DNA of 64,000 nucleotides from a virus: positions 32,001 to 96,000 of the IMG/VR virus record IMGVR_UViG_3300046804_002503. The stretch is one strand, 5' to 3'. The notes beneath the pieces were generated by a model. The model made no database searches, was not told the DNA's origin, and saw only the letters and a list, made by a program, of their open reading frames with translations. This document shows positions 49,003 through 59,373 of the stretch, piece after piece. The first letter of the stretch is position 1. Every line of letters begins with the position of its first letter. The position numbers and the translations under genes were made by a program.

Positions 49003-49678
49003 CACCACTAATTTTAAATCTCAAGATCCAGAAGATGATTTTGAAGAAATTGAGTTTGAAGAAGAGATAGGTGATTTAGAGGAATTAGCGGGTGAAGAAT
49101 TCACTGAAACAGAATTAGAGGAAATGGAAGAGGAATTAGATGATGCAGAAATTTTAGAAGAAACAGAAGAGGGCGAAGATTATGAAGATGAGGAGTATGA
49201 AAATTCTATTAAAAAGAAAAAGAAAATTAAAAATAAAAAGAAGGCTGATAAAGATCGATATTATGTTAATCCCTTAGAGTTTGATAAAGAAATTGGAGAT
49301 TATTATGAATCTGGACACATGTCTGACAATCTTGCAACCATGATCAGCAATATAGCCAACAAATTAAGTTATGCTCCCAATTTTATTAACTATACGTTTA
49401 GAGAAGAAATGGTGGGAGATGGAATTATTAGAATGTTTAAAGCTTTAACAACTAAAAAGTATGATCACCAAAAAGGAGCATCAGCTTCTGCAGGTCCTTT
49501 CTCATATTTTACTCGCATTGCTTTTAATGCTTTTCGTAATAGAATTAAAAAAGAAAAACACATGAGAGAAACTCACGAAAAGTATCAAAATGAACTTATG
49601 ATGTTTTCAGAAAATTATAACACTATTACCAAAAACAACCAACAGCGCATTTCTGTTAATCCCAATTCTTTTTATTAA
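48971..49678 (+). CDS. gp55: Late-transcription sigma factor with long acidic N-terminal extension
   Basis: YYVN, IANKLSYAPNFINYTFREEMVGDG, PFSYFTRIAFNAF..RIKKEK. Confidence 0.88.
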   Translation: MNTSKKKSTRNTTNFKSQDPEDDFEEIEFEEEIGDLEELAGEEFTETELEEMEEELDDAEILEETEEGEDYEDEEYENSIKKKKKIKNKKKADKDRYYVNPLEFDKEIGDYYESGHMSDNLATMISNIANKLSYAPNFINYTFREEMVGDGIIRMFKALTTKKYDHQKGASASAGPFSYFTRIAFNAFRNRIKKEKHMRETHEKYQNELMMFSENYNTITKNNQQRISVNPNSFY

Positions 49679-50745
49679 TGAATAAAATTCAAATTAAAGG
49701 TCCTAAAGTAGGTTTATTTTCTGACATTCATATAGGTCTAGGTCAAGACAGCTCTATATGGCACAAAAATATATTAGAATTTGCAGACTGGGTTGTAGAT
49801 TTTTATGAAAAAAGAGGTATTTCAGAAATTTTAATACCCGGTGATATATTTCACAATCGTAATGAAATATCAGTTAACACTTTAAGTGTAGCTCAAAGTT
49901 TTTTTAAAAAATTTGAAGGATTTAAACTTTACATTTCTACTGGTAATCACGATTGTTACTACAAGGACCGCACAGACATAAATTCTATTTCTATGTTGGG
50001 TGGTTGGGATAACATAGTATTAGTAGATAAACAGCCTCAAGTCTTTTCTATTTTTAACTCAGATAAGACTTTATCCATGATTCCGTGGGGTGTAGATATA
50101 CCGAACATTCCTCAATCAGACATTTGTGTAGGACATTTTGAAATAACATCTTTTAAAATGAATTCTTTTAAAGTGTGCGATCATGGTTGGGAATCTACAG
50201 ACATCTTAAGCAAATCACCTTTCATTATTACCGGACACTTCCACACTCCTTGTCTTAGGAATTATAGTAAAGGAAAAATATTATACCTTGGAAGTCCCTA
50301 TCAACAAAACTTTGGTGATGCAGGTGATACTAGAGGAGTGTATATTTTAAATCTACTAAATGATGAAACAGAATTTATAGAAAACAACATTTCTCCTACC
50401 CATCAAAAAATACTTTTAAGTTCTTTGTTAAATGGTGAGGTGTCTACAACTACCCTTAAAAGTATTATTCCTAATAATATGGTTAGTTTGGTAATCGATT
50501 CTAATTTAGAACCGTCTAAATTATCTTTATTATCGGCTAAAATTCAAAAATTGAATCCGAAATTTTTTAGAACAGACTATCAAAACACTGATCAAACTTT
50601 AAATTTATCTACAAGTGGTACCAGTCAATATGATTCTATAGATATACCTCAAAATATTAATGATTTTGTAGAAGCTTTGGATATTTTACACAAAAATGAA
50701 ACGTGCCTTTACTTAAATGAGCTTTATCATAAATTAGCTATATGA
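49678..50745 (+). CDS. gp47: Recombination nuclease subunit (Mre11/SbcD-like)
   Basis: SDIHIG, GDIFH, GNHD, GHFH, YLGSP. Confidence 0.92.
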   Translation: MNKIQIKGPKVGLFSDIHIGLGQDSSIWHKNILEFADWVVDFYEKRGISEILIPGDIFHNRNEISVNTLSVAQSFFKKFEGFKLYISTGNHDCYYKDRTDINSISMLGGWDNIVLVDKQPQVFSIFNSDKTLSMIPWGVDIPNIPQSDICVGHFEITSFKMNSFKVCDHGWESTDILSKSPFIITGHFHTPCLRNYSKGKILYLGSPYQQNFGDAGDTRGVYILNLLNDETEFIENNISPTHQKILLSSLLNGEVSTTTLKSIIPNNMVSLVIDSNLEPSKLSLLSAKIQKLNPKFFRTDYQNTDQTLNLSTSGTSQYDSIDIPQNINDFVEALDILHKNETCLYLNELYHKLAI

Positions 50746-51488
50746 GTATCGCAATAGGTATTTTAGATAACCACTCCCAATTAGATTATGACAATTGTTA
50801 TAATTCTATACCCGAAGCGTTAAGAGATTCTATTTTCACAGTTTCTAGCACTAACAACAAACTTAAAGGTAAAAATTTTAAATTTACTCGAGAAACCTCT
50901 TATGCTGCAATGAGGAATTATGCTCTATCTCAATTTAGAGCCAACCCCGACCTAAAGTATTATTTTCTTATCAATTCTAATTTAGCTGTAACAGATGTTA
51001 ATATTTTTAATCATACTATTAATTTGGCTAGTAATTTTGGAACATGGTTCATGACCGGGCCATGTGGCAATGTTCTAGAGGTAGAAGATGAAGATCATAA
51101 ATTAACCCTTCAAGTTTCACCAGAATTGAATACTAATTTTTTGTTTATTCATTTTGGAATTATTAAAAATTGTGGTTATTTTAACGAACAGTTTTATGAA
51201 ACAGACATTTTAGATGTTTTAGATTACATTATACGAATGAGAAACAATGGATTGTATTTGCCTCATTTTTATAATCCTATAGTTAATTTTGGTTTATATA
51301 AATCAGAATCTAAAGTTCAAAAAATACCAGCAAGAAATTTAGAAAAGGGTATATCTTTATCTTTTGGACTATTTCAACATTTACACGGATATATTCCTGG
51401 ACATTCAGATCCTAAACCAGTTAGCAAAGAAGATATGTTTGCAGCTTTAGAAAAATTACAAGAAAAATATGCCAGACGCGCGCAATAA
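50742..51488 (+). CDS. Degenerate GT2-like paralogue
   Basis: Aligns with the two following GTs but has INSN where they have (L/I)EDD. Confidence 0.55.
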   Translation: MSIAIGILDNHSQLDYDNCYNSIPEALRDSIFTVSSTNNKLKGKNFKFTRETSYAAMRNYALSQFRANPDLKYYFLINSNLAVTDVNIFNHTINLASNFGTWFMTGPCGNVLEVEDEDHKLTLQVSPELNTNFLFIHFGIIKNCGYFNEQFYETDILDVLDYIIRMRNNGLYLPHFYNPIVNFGLYKSESKVQKIPARNLEKGISLSFGLFQHLHGYIPGHSDPKPVSKEDMFAALEKLQEKYARRAQ

Positions 51489-52266
51489 AATCGGTGTAGG
51501 AATTATTACATGTAATAGAGAAGACTTTTTAAAAAAATGTCTAGGTTCTATTCCTGAATATATAGATGAATTAGTCATAGTTAATGACGGTAAAGTTTTA
51601 TCTAAGGAAATAGAAATTCGAGGTTCTTTAATACAAAACCCCACAGGCAAACAAGTAGGAAAATGTAAAAATTTAGCTATGTCTCATCTCTTAAATAGAG
51701 GATGTGATTATATTTTTACATTAGAAGATGATATAATGATTAAAGACCCAGAAACTTTTAATCATTATATAAATGCTAGTCTAGAAACTGGATTAGAACA
51801 TTTTAATTTTGGTTTTTCTCAAAAAGAAAATCTTACACCAGATTTAAAACCAGTTTATAGAAAAATAGTCAAATATAAAAATTGTTCTATTGTATTGACT
51901 CCTAATGTTTTAGGGGCTTTAACTTTTTATACCCGTCAAGCATTGCAAACTATTGGATTACATCATTTTAAATTTAATAAAGGACACGGTGATCATCCAG
52001 AATTAACATACAGGGCTTGGAAACACGGATTTACTACACCTTTTTGGTGGTTTGCAGACATCTACGGCAGCTGGGACATGATAGAAAATCTTTCTAATAT
52101 GGGATCTGACAGTGTAGTAAGAAACCAAGAAGACATGATGAAAAATTTTTATGAAGCTTGCAACATTTTCAAAGAACTTCATGGGGTTCATATGCTAGAG
52201 GTACCTCAAGTACCAGAACAAGAAGTAATAACTTTCTTAAAAAATAAAGTTAAAAATGAAAGCTAA
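51469..52266 (+). CDS. GT2 glycosyltransferase
   Basis: IGVGIITCNR, IVNDG, KNL, LEDD. Confidence 0.85.
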   Translation: MPDARNKIGVGIITCNREDFLKKCLGSIPEYIDELVIVNDGKVLSKEIEIRGSLIQNPTGKQVGKCKNLAMSHLLNRGCDYIFTLEDDIMIKDPETFNHYINASLETGLEHFNFGFSQKENLTPDLKPVYRKIVKYKNCSIVLTPNVLGALTFYTRQALQTIGLHHFKFNKGHGDHPELTYRAWKHGFTTPFWWFADIYGSWDMIENLSNMGSDSVVRNQEDMMKNFYEACNIFKELHGVHMLEVPQVPEQEVITFLKNKVKNES

Positions 52267-53038
52267 AATAGGAGTAGGTTTATTAACCTATAATAGGCCA
52301 GATTATTATAAAAGAGTTTTATTTTCTATACCCAAACAGAAAATAGATCATTTGACTGTAGTTAATGATGGTACTTTTGAATATGCTTCAACAGATGATG
52401 CAGAAACTGTAATTTTAACTAAAAAACAAGCCGGAGTTTCTTTTAGTAAAAATCTTATATTAAAAGATCTTTTAAAAAAAGGTTGTACTCATCTTTTTTT
52501 AATTGAAGATGACAACCTTGTTATTCATCCAGATGTATTTGATGTTTATATTAACACTGCAAATTATTACGGCGTACATCATTTGGCTTACGAAAGATTG
52601 ACTCGTACAGAAAACACCCTCAAAGCTAGTTATAAAGATCCAAATTCTGAATATGGTTTAGATTTTTTTCATAATGCAGAGGCTGGATTTACATATATTC
52701 ATGCTGATTTAGTAAACAAATACGGATTGTTTGATGAAAATTATTTTAATGCCTTTGAACATGTAGATTTTACCTATAATTTAGTTAAAAATAAAGTAGC
52801 ACCTCCCTTTTGGTATTTTCCGGATGTGTTAAACAGTAACTACTATGTTTTAGAAATTCCCAACAGCTTAAACAATTCTTCTATCACCAATAAACCAGGT
52901 TACAATGAAAATGTCAAAAATGGAGCTGAATATTTTATAAAAAAGTGGGGCATTTTTACTAATCAAATTCAAGAACCCTCCATAGAAGATTTAAAAAATT
53001 CCTTAAAATATCTTAAATCTACATATCAAATAAAATGA
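52256..53038 (+). CDS. GT2 glycosyltransferase
   Basis: IGVGLLTYNR, VVNDG, KNL, IEDD, GLFDE..FEHVD. Confidence 0.85.
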   Translation: MKAKIGVGLLTYNRPDYYKRVLFSIPKQKIDHLTVVNDGTFEYASTDDAETVILTKKQAGVSFSKNLILKDLLKKGCTHLFLIEDDNLVIHPDVFDVYINTANYYGVHHLAYERLTRTENTLKASYKDPNSEYGLDFFHNAEAGFTYIHADLVNKYGLFDENYFNAFEHVDFTYNLVKNKVAPPFWYFPDVLNSNYYVLEIPNSLNNSSITNKPGYNENVKNGAEYFIKKWGIFTNQIQEPSIEDLKNSLKYLKSTYQIK

Positions 53039-53850
53039 AAAAGATTTTATTAACAACTAATACATTCTCTTCTTATAAAAGACAAGATTTGTCTATAGAA
53101 AAAATGTCTTTATTAAAGAATAAAAACCAAAATGTAGAATGTGCTTTAATACAATACAAAAATGAGAAAGTTCCTTACAACAAATTAAAGATTTTAGATG
53201 TTCTGGACAGGGGTTCTCATACTACCTTAGGAACTAAAAAGTCCCTCCCTTATATCAAAGATTTATTTGATGCTTCTGCAGAAGCATCTGAAGAGATTTT
53301 TGTTTTTAGTAACAGTGATATTACTCTTTCTCAAAAATTAATAGATTATATTAACAATAATGAAATAGAAGCTTTGGGAGTATCTCGTATAGATATACTA
53401 GAAGTAGATAATTTGTCTCAACCTAGTCAAATTATTCGTATGGAACCAGCCGGATTTGATACTTGGATAGTTAATAAATCTTGGTGGTTTAAACATAGAC
53501 ATCTTTTTCCTGACATGTTATTAGGTAGGCCAGAGTTTGATGTAGCTTATACAGCTATTATGGATTTAAATTCCATCAATGTACACGAAAGTACAGAATA
53601 TCTTACCTACCACTACATGCACGAAATAGTTTCATTTGAAAGAGATGAATGTTATCATTTTAATGTAGATCAAAAAAATAATAAACTTAAACCTCTTTTT
53701 GATTGGTGGGGCTATATATGCAATAGTACCTATCTAGATAGATCAGATTTTGGACAATTTTTAAATTTTAAGCCCAATGAAAAAGACATTATTAAACATT
53801 ATGTTGCAGAGGCTAAAAACAATTCTAAATTAAAAGAATTTATTTTGTGA
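53035..53850 (+). CDS. Glycosyltransferase-like protein
   Basis: LPYIKD, FSNSDI, GFD, LGRPEFD. Confidence 0.5.
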   Translation: MKKILLTTNTFSSYKRQDLSIEKMSLLKNKNQNVECALIQYKNEKVPYNKLKILDVLDRGSHTTLGTKKSLPYIKDLFDASAEASEEIFVFSNSDITLSQKLIDYINNNEIEALGVSRIDILEVDNLSQPSQIIRMEPAGFDTWIVNKSWWFKHRHLFPDMLLGRPEFDVAYTAIMDLNSINVHESTEYLTYHYMHEIVSFERDECYHFNVDQKNNKLKPLFDWWGYICNSTYLDRSDFGQFLNFKPNEKDIIKHYVAEAKNNSKLKEFIL

Positions 53851-54542
53851 AACCTTCCCTTTGTATAATTTTACCCGGTAAAATAGGTGATATAGTTATA
53901 TGTTTACCTATAGCCAAATATTATGCAGATTTGGGTTATGAGGTTATATGGCCAGTCTGGGATTTTTTAATTCAAAATTTTACAGATCATATAGACTATG
54001 TAAAATTTATACCAGTAAGTTTTAACAAAGGTGTAACAGAAAGCTTAAATCTTGCTAAAGAAAATAATTGGAAAGCTTTAGATTTATCTTTTACCAATCA
54101 AGACTGTTGGCACAATGAAAATACAAAAAAATTTCAGTCTCAATCTAAACCATTTGATGAATTTAGGTATGAATTAGCTCAAGTAGATTTTTCAGAAAAA
54201 TGGAAATTAACTTTTAATCGTATTCCAGAAAGAGAACAAAACATTTTAAACTTTTTAAACACAAAAGGCAATTTTTCTTTAGCTCATTTAGAGGGCTCAG
54301 ATAGTCGGGCAGATATTTCTTTTAACAATCCTAAGAATTTACCAATATACCACGTTCAACCAATAACTACATCTATTTTTGATTGGACATTAGCTTTAGA
54401 AAAAGCAGATTATCTTATAATGTATGATAGTTGTGTAGCAAATTTAATAGAACAACTTAATTTATCTAATAAAAAATTCTTTATCAAAAGATCTCCTCCC
54501 AAAGCAACACCCACACTGCGTAACAAATGGACAATACTATAA
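53847..54542 (+). CDS. Glycosyltransferase-like protein (GT-B/GT9-like)
   Basis: GKIGDIVICLPIA, IFDW..LEKA, DSCVANL. Confidence 0.55.
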   Translation: MKPSLCIILPGKIGDIVICLPIAKYYADLGYEVIWPVWDFLIQNFTDHIDYVKFIPVSFNKGVTESLNLAKENNWKALDLSFTNQDCWHNENTKKFQSQSKPFDEFRYELAQVDFSEKWKLTFNRIPEREQNILNFLNTKGNFSLAHLEGSDSRADISFNNPKNLPIYHVQPITTSIFDWTLALEKADYLIMYDSCVANLIEQLNLSNKKFFIKRSPPKATPTLRNKWTIL

Positions 54543-55318
54543 AAAACATAGCCTTTACAATAGTTTTAAATGGTATGCCATTTATAAAAAGACAAATGGA
54601 AATTATTCCTAAAGTTTTTGATCATTGGTTTATAGTAGAAGGAGTTAGTTTACCAGTTAATTGTACTAGCTGGTGTAGTTTACCAGATAAAAAATGGTAT
54701 AATTCAAATTTTTGTAGTACAGATGGTACCTATGAATTTTTAAATTCTATTAACAATCCCAACATTACAATCTTAAGAAAAAATAATCCTTGGAATGGTA
54801 AAATAGAAATGTGTAATGCCTTTATGCCACAGGTATCAAATTCTATTTTAATGGAATTTGATGTTGATGAAATATGGGATGAAACGGTTCTAAAAGATTT
54901 ATTATATAATTGTAAATCTAAATTTTATGATTTTGATTCAATGAAATTTAAATGTAATTACTTTGTAGGTGATAATTTAAAAATAATTACAGAAAATTCT
55001 TATGGAGATTATCCGGAAGAATGGGTTCGTTTGTGGACCATATACGAACCGACTCACTTTGTAAGTCATGAACCACCTAGAATTTTTAAAAAAGAAAATA
55101 GAATTGTAGAAAAGAAAACAACATCTAAAAGAGGTTGGATGTTTGATCACTATGCTTACACCACTCCTGAGCAATTAATTTTTAAAGAAAATTTTTATAA
55201 CTATACCAATGCATACAATCAGTGGGTTGATATGCAAAAACAAACTAAATTTCCATGCGAGGTAAATCATTTTTTAAAGTGGATACCTTCTGGAGTATAT
55301 GCTGATAAAATATGTTAA
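54527..55318 (+). CDS. GT2-like glycosyltransferase
   Basis: FTIVLNG, IVEG, STDGT, DVDEIW, HYAY. Confidence 0.65.
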   Translation: MDNTIKNIAFTIVLNGMPFIKRQMEIIPKVFDHWFIVEGVSLPVNCTSWCSLPDKKWYNSNFCSTDGTYEFLNSINNPNITILRKNNPWNGKIEMCNAFMPQVSNSILMEFDVDEIWDETVLKDLLYNCKSKFYDFDSMKFKCNYFVGDNLKIITENSYGDYPEEWVRLWTIYEPTHFVSHEPPRIFKKENRIVEKKTTSKRGWMFDHYAYTTPEQLIFKENFYNYTNAYNQWVDMQKQTKFPCEVNHFLKWIPSGVYADKIC

Positions 55319-55980
55319 ATTTAAACAATGTCACCATAGTTAGCATTAATGGTAGAGACCCAGAGAATTCTGCAAAGGCTATAAATTTTAGCTGTAGAGA
55401 AATTAATTTTGGAGCAAAGTTACTTATTACCAATAGAAATGTTTCTTTTCCGGGTATAGAAACAAAAATAGTAAATGGTTTAAATTCTTCTGATAGTTAC
55501 AGTTATTTTTGTGTAAAGGAATTAACAAATTTTATACAAACTGATTACTGTTTAACAGTTCAGCCAGATGGTTATGTAGTTAATCCCCTTTCTTGGTCTG
55601 ATTCTTTTTTAGAATATGATTATATCGGTGCACCGTGGCCAGATTTTTTAACATTAGATATAATAAATAAATGCAATTTAGTTCCAGCAACCTCTAATTT
55701 AAATATAGTAGGTAATGGTGGATTTTCTTTGAGAAGTAAAAAATTTTTAAAAGAATGTTCTCTTTTAGATTATAATGATACTTCTATAGAAGAAGACTGT
55801 TTTGTGTCTGTATACAAAAGAAGAGAATTAAAAAATAAAAATTTAAAATATTCACCATTTCAAGTGGGTCAACAATTTTCAATAGAACATTTAATAAATA
55901 GTGATTCTCTTTTTATTAAATCTTTTGGATTTCACGGAAAATTAGACCATTTAAAAAATTATTTAAATTTATTACAATGA
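55312..55980 (+). CDS. DUF5672-like putative glycosyltransferase
   Basis: QPDG, YDYIGAPW, GNGGFSLRS, FGFH. Confidence 0.75.
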   Translation: MLNLNNVTIVSINGRDPENSAKAINFSCREINFGAKLLITNRNVSFPGIETKIVNGLNSSDSYSYFCVKELTNFIQTDYCLTVQPDGYVVNPLSWSDSFLEYDYIGAPWPDFLTLDIINKCNLVPATSNLNIVGNGGFSLRSKKFLKECSLLDYNDTSIEEDCFVSVYKRRELKNKNLKYSPFQVGQQFSIEHLINSDSLFIKSFGFHGKLDHLKNYLNLLQ

Positions 55981-56807
55981 ATCTTATTTTAGATAAAAGA
56001 AAATTAATTCAACAAGAGTCTATCTTAGAATGGCATTATTTTGCTTCTATTTTTAGAGAAATGAGTGATGATTCTTTTTTTAATGGTATCAATATTTTAT
56101 TCACTGATAATTTAGAATCTTTACCAGAAAATTTTAATAAAGAAAAATCTATCATTTTTGTTATTTCAGATGAAAGATATACACTGCCTCTCTATGCAGA
56201 TGGTAATGTTTTAATTTTTAAAAACTACGTATTACCAGAGCAAGAAAAATTTAAAGTGTATCCAATACCCATGGGATACAGTTACGGTATAGTGCCTCTG
56301 CCTGTTAAAAAAATATCTGAAAGAAAATTTGATATAGGATTTCAGGGTAATTTGCACACATCTAGACCTCACATATTGAATCATATTATTCAGGAATTAA
56401 ACAATCGAAACACTGATAGAGCCTATAATGTTTTAATAGCTAATTCTACTAATAGCTTAAAATATTCAGAAAATTTAAATGACACAAAAATATCTTTAAT
56501 TTTAGATGGACAAATTACACCTGAGACTTTTAGATTTTTTGAATCAACTTATTTTGGTTGTGTTAACCTAGCAAGTAAAAACCTACCTAACAATTGGTTA
56601 TATTCTAACAATGATTATTACAAAGTAGACTGGAATAATCCAAAAGAAATTGTAGATTTAATATCTAATTTATTAAATGATTCAGATTTATTATTGCAAT
56701 CTTCTCTAAATTCTTATAATTCTTGGAAACAAAATTATTCTCCATCTTCTGTAAAAAATTATATTAAAAATTTATACCACTATGATATCCACTATTCTAC
56801 AATATAG
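55977..56807 (+). CDS. Glycosyltransferase-like protein (GT-B, exostosin-like C-terminus)
   Basis: DIGFQG, KISL..G...ETFRFFES. Confidence 0.55.
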   Translation: MNLILDKRKLIQQESILEWHYFASIFREMSDDSFFNGINILFTDNLESLPENFNKEKSIIFVISDERYTLPLYADGNVLIFKNYVLPEQEKFKVYPIPMGYSYGIVPLPVKKISERKFDIGFQGNLHTSRPHILNHIIQELNNRNTDRAYNVLIANSTNSLKYSENLNDTKISLILDGQITPETFRFFESTYFGCVNLASKNLPNNWLYSNNDYYKVDWNNPKEIVDLISNLLNDSDLLLQSSLNSYNSWKQNYSPSSVKNYIKNLYHYDIHYSTI

Positions 56808-57528
56808 TACTATAGACTTTAGATTTTTAGATGCCAATTTAAAACAATTGTCTAAATTTAGTAATGAAATTATTATACCTATTTGTACTCATCTTTTTAA
56901 TGGTGAAGAAGAAGATTTTAATTTATTGGTAAAAAGTAAAGAAATTATTAAAAAATATCCATTAGCCCGGGTTAAAGTTTTTGAATGGGAAGGTATTAAA
57001 AATAATAAAGGGTATTATCACAATGTCAGCAGAAAATTAGGCACCGACTTATCTCAAAATGAATGGTTATATTTTGTAGACGGCGATGAAATAACGGATG
57101 ATAATTTTATCCCGTGGTTTGAAAAAATAAAAAATACAGACTACGGGTTTCAATTGACTTCTTATTGGTATTTTAGAGAACCTATATACCAAGCAACTAA
57201 AACAGAAGCTCAAGGACTTCTTCTTAAGAAAAAATATTGTAATTGGCAGATAAATGTTAGAGAAGAAAGGGACCAAATGCATCATTTGCCTAATTTTATC
57301 CACGGAGAGAGGCAATTAATTTTTGGTTTAGATGGTAAATCTATGGTACATCACTATTCTTGGGTAAGATCTAAGGAAGACATGCTTCGTAAAGTTAAAA
57401 ACTGGGGGCACTGTCATGACCGTGATTGGGTTTCTCAGGTAAATGAAGAGTTTTCTAGACCATTTAATGGTACAGATTTTGTACACGGTTACAACTACAA
57501 CATTGTAGACAATTATTTTAACATTTGA
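56782..57528 (+). CDS. GT2-like glycosyltransferase
   Basis: FVDGDE, HHYSWVR..MLRKV..WGH. Confidence 0.6.
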   Translation: MISTILQYSTIDFRFLDANLKQLSKFSNEIIIPICTHLFNGEEEDFNLLVKSKEIIKKYPLARVKVFEWEGIKNNKGYYHNVSRKLGTDLSQNEWLYFVDGDEITDDNFIPWFEKIKNTDYGFQLTSYWYFREPIYQATKTEAQGLLLKKKYCNWQINVREERDQMHHLPNFIHGERQLIFGLDGKSMVHHYSWVRSKEDMLRKVKNWGHCHDRDWVSQVNEEFSRPFNGTDFVHGYNYNIVDNYFNI

Positions 57529-57558
57529 TTTTTTAATATAAAATGTTAATCTTATTAA

Positions 57559-59364
57559 GTGAAAAAAGTTTTCTTTAAAAGAATTTCTGTAACCAATTTT
57601 CTTTCTGTAGGAGAAACTCCTTTAATTTTAGATTTCAGGTCTGGAATATCTTTAATTACCGGAGAAAACCGCGATGAGGGTGGGAGGAATGGAGTTGGTA
57701 AAAGCACAGTTGTAGAATCTTTATATTGGTGTTTATTTGGTAACACCATGCGTGAAATTAAAAGAGATCAAATTGTACACGATCAATGTGATGGTAGTAG
57801 TAATGTGGTATTAGAATTTGATGTAATATCTTCAGATAAAACGGACAGTTATGTTTTATCACGATTTATTAATCCTAATAAAGTGTCTCTTACATGTAAT
57901 GAAGTAGATATTACGCGATCATCCATGCCCAAGACTGATGATCTTATTAAAGAAATTATAGGTGCTACGGAAGAGGTATTTCAAAATGCAGTTATTATGT
58001 CTGCTAATAATACTCTGCCTTTCATGGCTCAAAAAAAGGTAGACAAACGTAAATTTGTAGAAGGTATTTTGCGTTTGGGCATTTTTGGTGAAATGCTTTT
58101 ACAAATTAGATCAGATTATAATGAAAACAAAAAAGCATATGATTTGACTCTTTCTCAATTTTCTGAAAAACAAAAAAATTTGTCTGTATTTCAGCAACAG
58201 TACGAAAAGACAGAACTTTCTAAAAAGACAAAAATACAACAATTACAAGATAAAATTAAAGGCAATTTTTCTCGCATAGAAGAAATATCAAATTATTCTA
58301 ATGTAGAAGATAATATTAAGAATTTAGATGAAGAAATTTTTAAAAAAGAAAAGGCTATAAAAAAATTAGAAGAACTCTTAAAAGATTGTGAATCTAAATC
58401 AATGTCTTTTTGGAAAGAAAAGCAAGAATTAGAAATACAAATTTCTCAGGTTCAAAAAGAAATTAAATCTTTAGAAAGTTCACAAGCCTTTTGTCCTCTT
58501 TGCAAAAGAGATTATGAAGATTATAACAAATCTCACATAGAATGTGTCACAGAAAAAACTAAGCAAACTGAAAAGGATTTAAAAAAATTATTTAAAAAAA
58601 TAGAAAAAGATTTGTCTGATCAAAGTAAAAGTTGTTCTAAAATTTCAGATACTAAGTCTAAAGTAGAAAAAGAAATTAAACAAGACATTCAGAAAAAACA
58701 ATCTTTGGCTTTAATTTCTCAAGAAATTACTCAACTTAAAAATAGAAATTTAGAAATAGAAAAAGAAATACAAGATATTTCTGCTATAGATAATGATTTT
58801 ACACCTCTTATAGAACAAACTAATAAAGAAATAACTTTAATAGAAGAGGAAATAAATAAGCTCAATAAAAAAATTAACATTTTAGAATCAGCCAAATATA
58901 TAGTTTCAGAAGAGGGTGTTAAAACTTTTATTGTCAAGAAAATGTTAAACGTTCTTAACAGTAGGCTTAATTTTTACCTTCAAGCAATGGATGCACCGTG
59001 TAAGTGTATGTTTAATGAAATGTTTGAAGAAACCATTTATAATAAAAACAATAAAGAATGTTCTTATTTTAATTTTAGTGGTGGTGAACGCAAACGTATA
59101 GATTTGGCTATCTTGTTTATGTTTCAAGATCTATTGAGGAATCAATCTGGAACTTCTTTTTCTTTGAGTATATATGATGAACTATTTGATTCTGCTCTAG
59201 ATGAAAAGGGTGTAGACAAAATATTAACAGTGCTAGCAGAAAGAGTTAAAAAATATGGTGAAAACATTTACATCATCTCTCACAACAAAGCAGCCATTAA
59301 GTCTAATATAGACCAAGTTATTTTACTCCAAAAGTTAAATGGAAAAACAACAATTTTACAGTAA
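57559..59364 (+). CDS. gp46: Recombination ATPase (Rad50/SbcC-like)
   Basis: NFLSVG, NGVGKST, CPLC hook, FSGGE, YDELFD, ISH. Confidence 0.93.
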   Translation: MKKVFFKRISVTNFLSVGETPLILDFRSGISLITGENRDEGGRNGVGKSTVVESLYWCLFGNTMREIKRDQIVHDQCDGSSNVVLEFDVISSDKTDSYVLSRFINPNKVSLTCNEVDITRSSMPKTDDLIKEIIGATEEVFQNAVIMSANNTLPFMAQKKVDKRKFVEGILRLGIFGEMLLQIRSDYNENKKAYDLTLSQFSEKQKNLSVFQQQYEKTELSKKTKIQQLQDKIKGNFSRIEEISNYSNVEDNIKNLDEEIFKKEKAIKKLEELLKDCESKSMSFWKEKQELEIQISQVQKEIKSLESSQAFCPLCKRDYEDYNKSHIECVTEKTKQTEKDLKKLFKKIEKDLSDQSKSCSKISDTKSKVEKEIKQDIQKKQSLALISQEITQLKNRNLEIEKEIQDISAIDNDFTPLIEQTNKEITLIEEEINKLNKKINILESAKYIVSEEGVKTFIVKKMLNVLNSRLNFYLQAMDAPCKCMFNEMFEETIYNKNNKECSYFNFSGGERKRIDLAILFMFQDLLRNQSGTSFSLSIYDELFDSALDEKGVDKILTVLAERVKKYGENIYIISHNKAAIKSNIDQVILLQKLNGKTTILQ

Positions 59365-59373
59365 AATGTTTTT

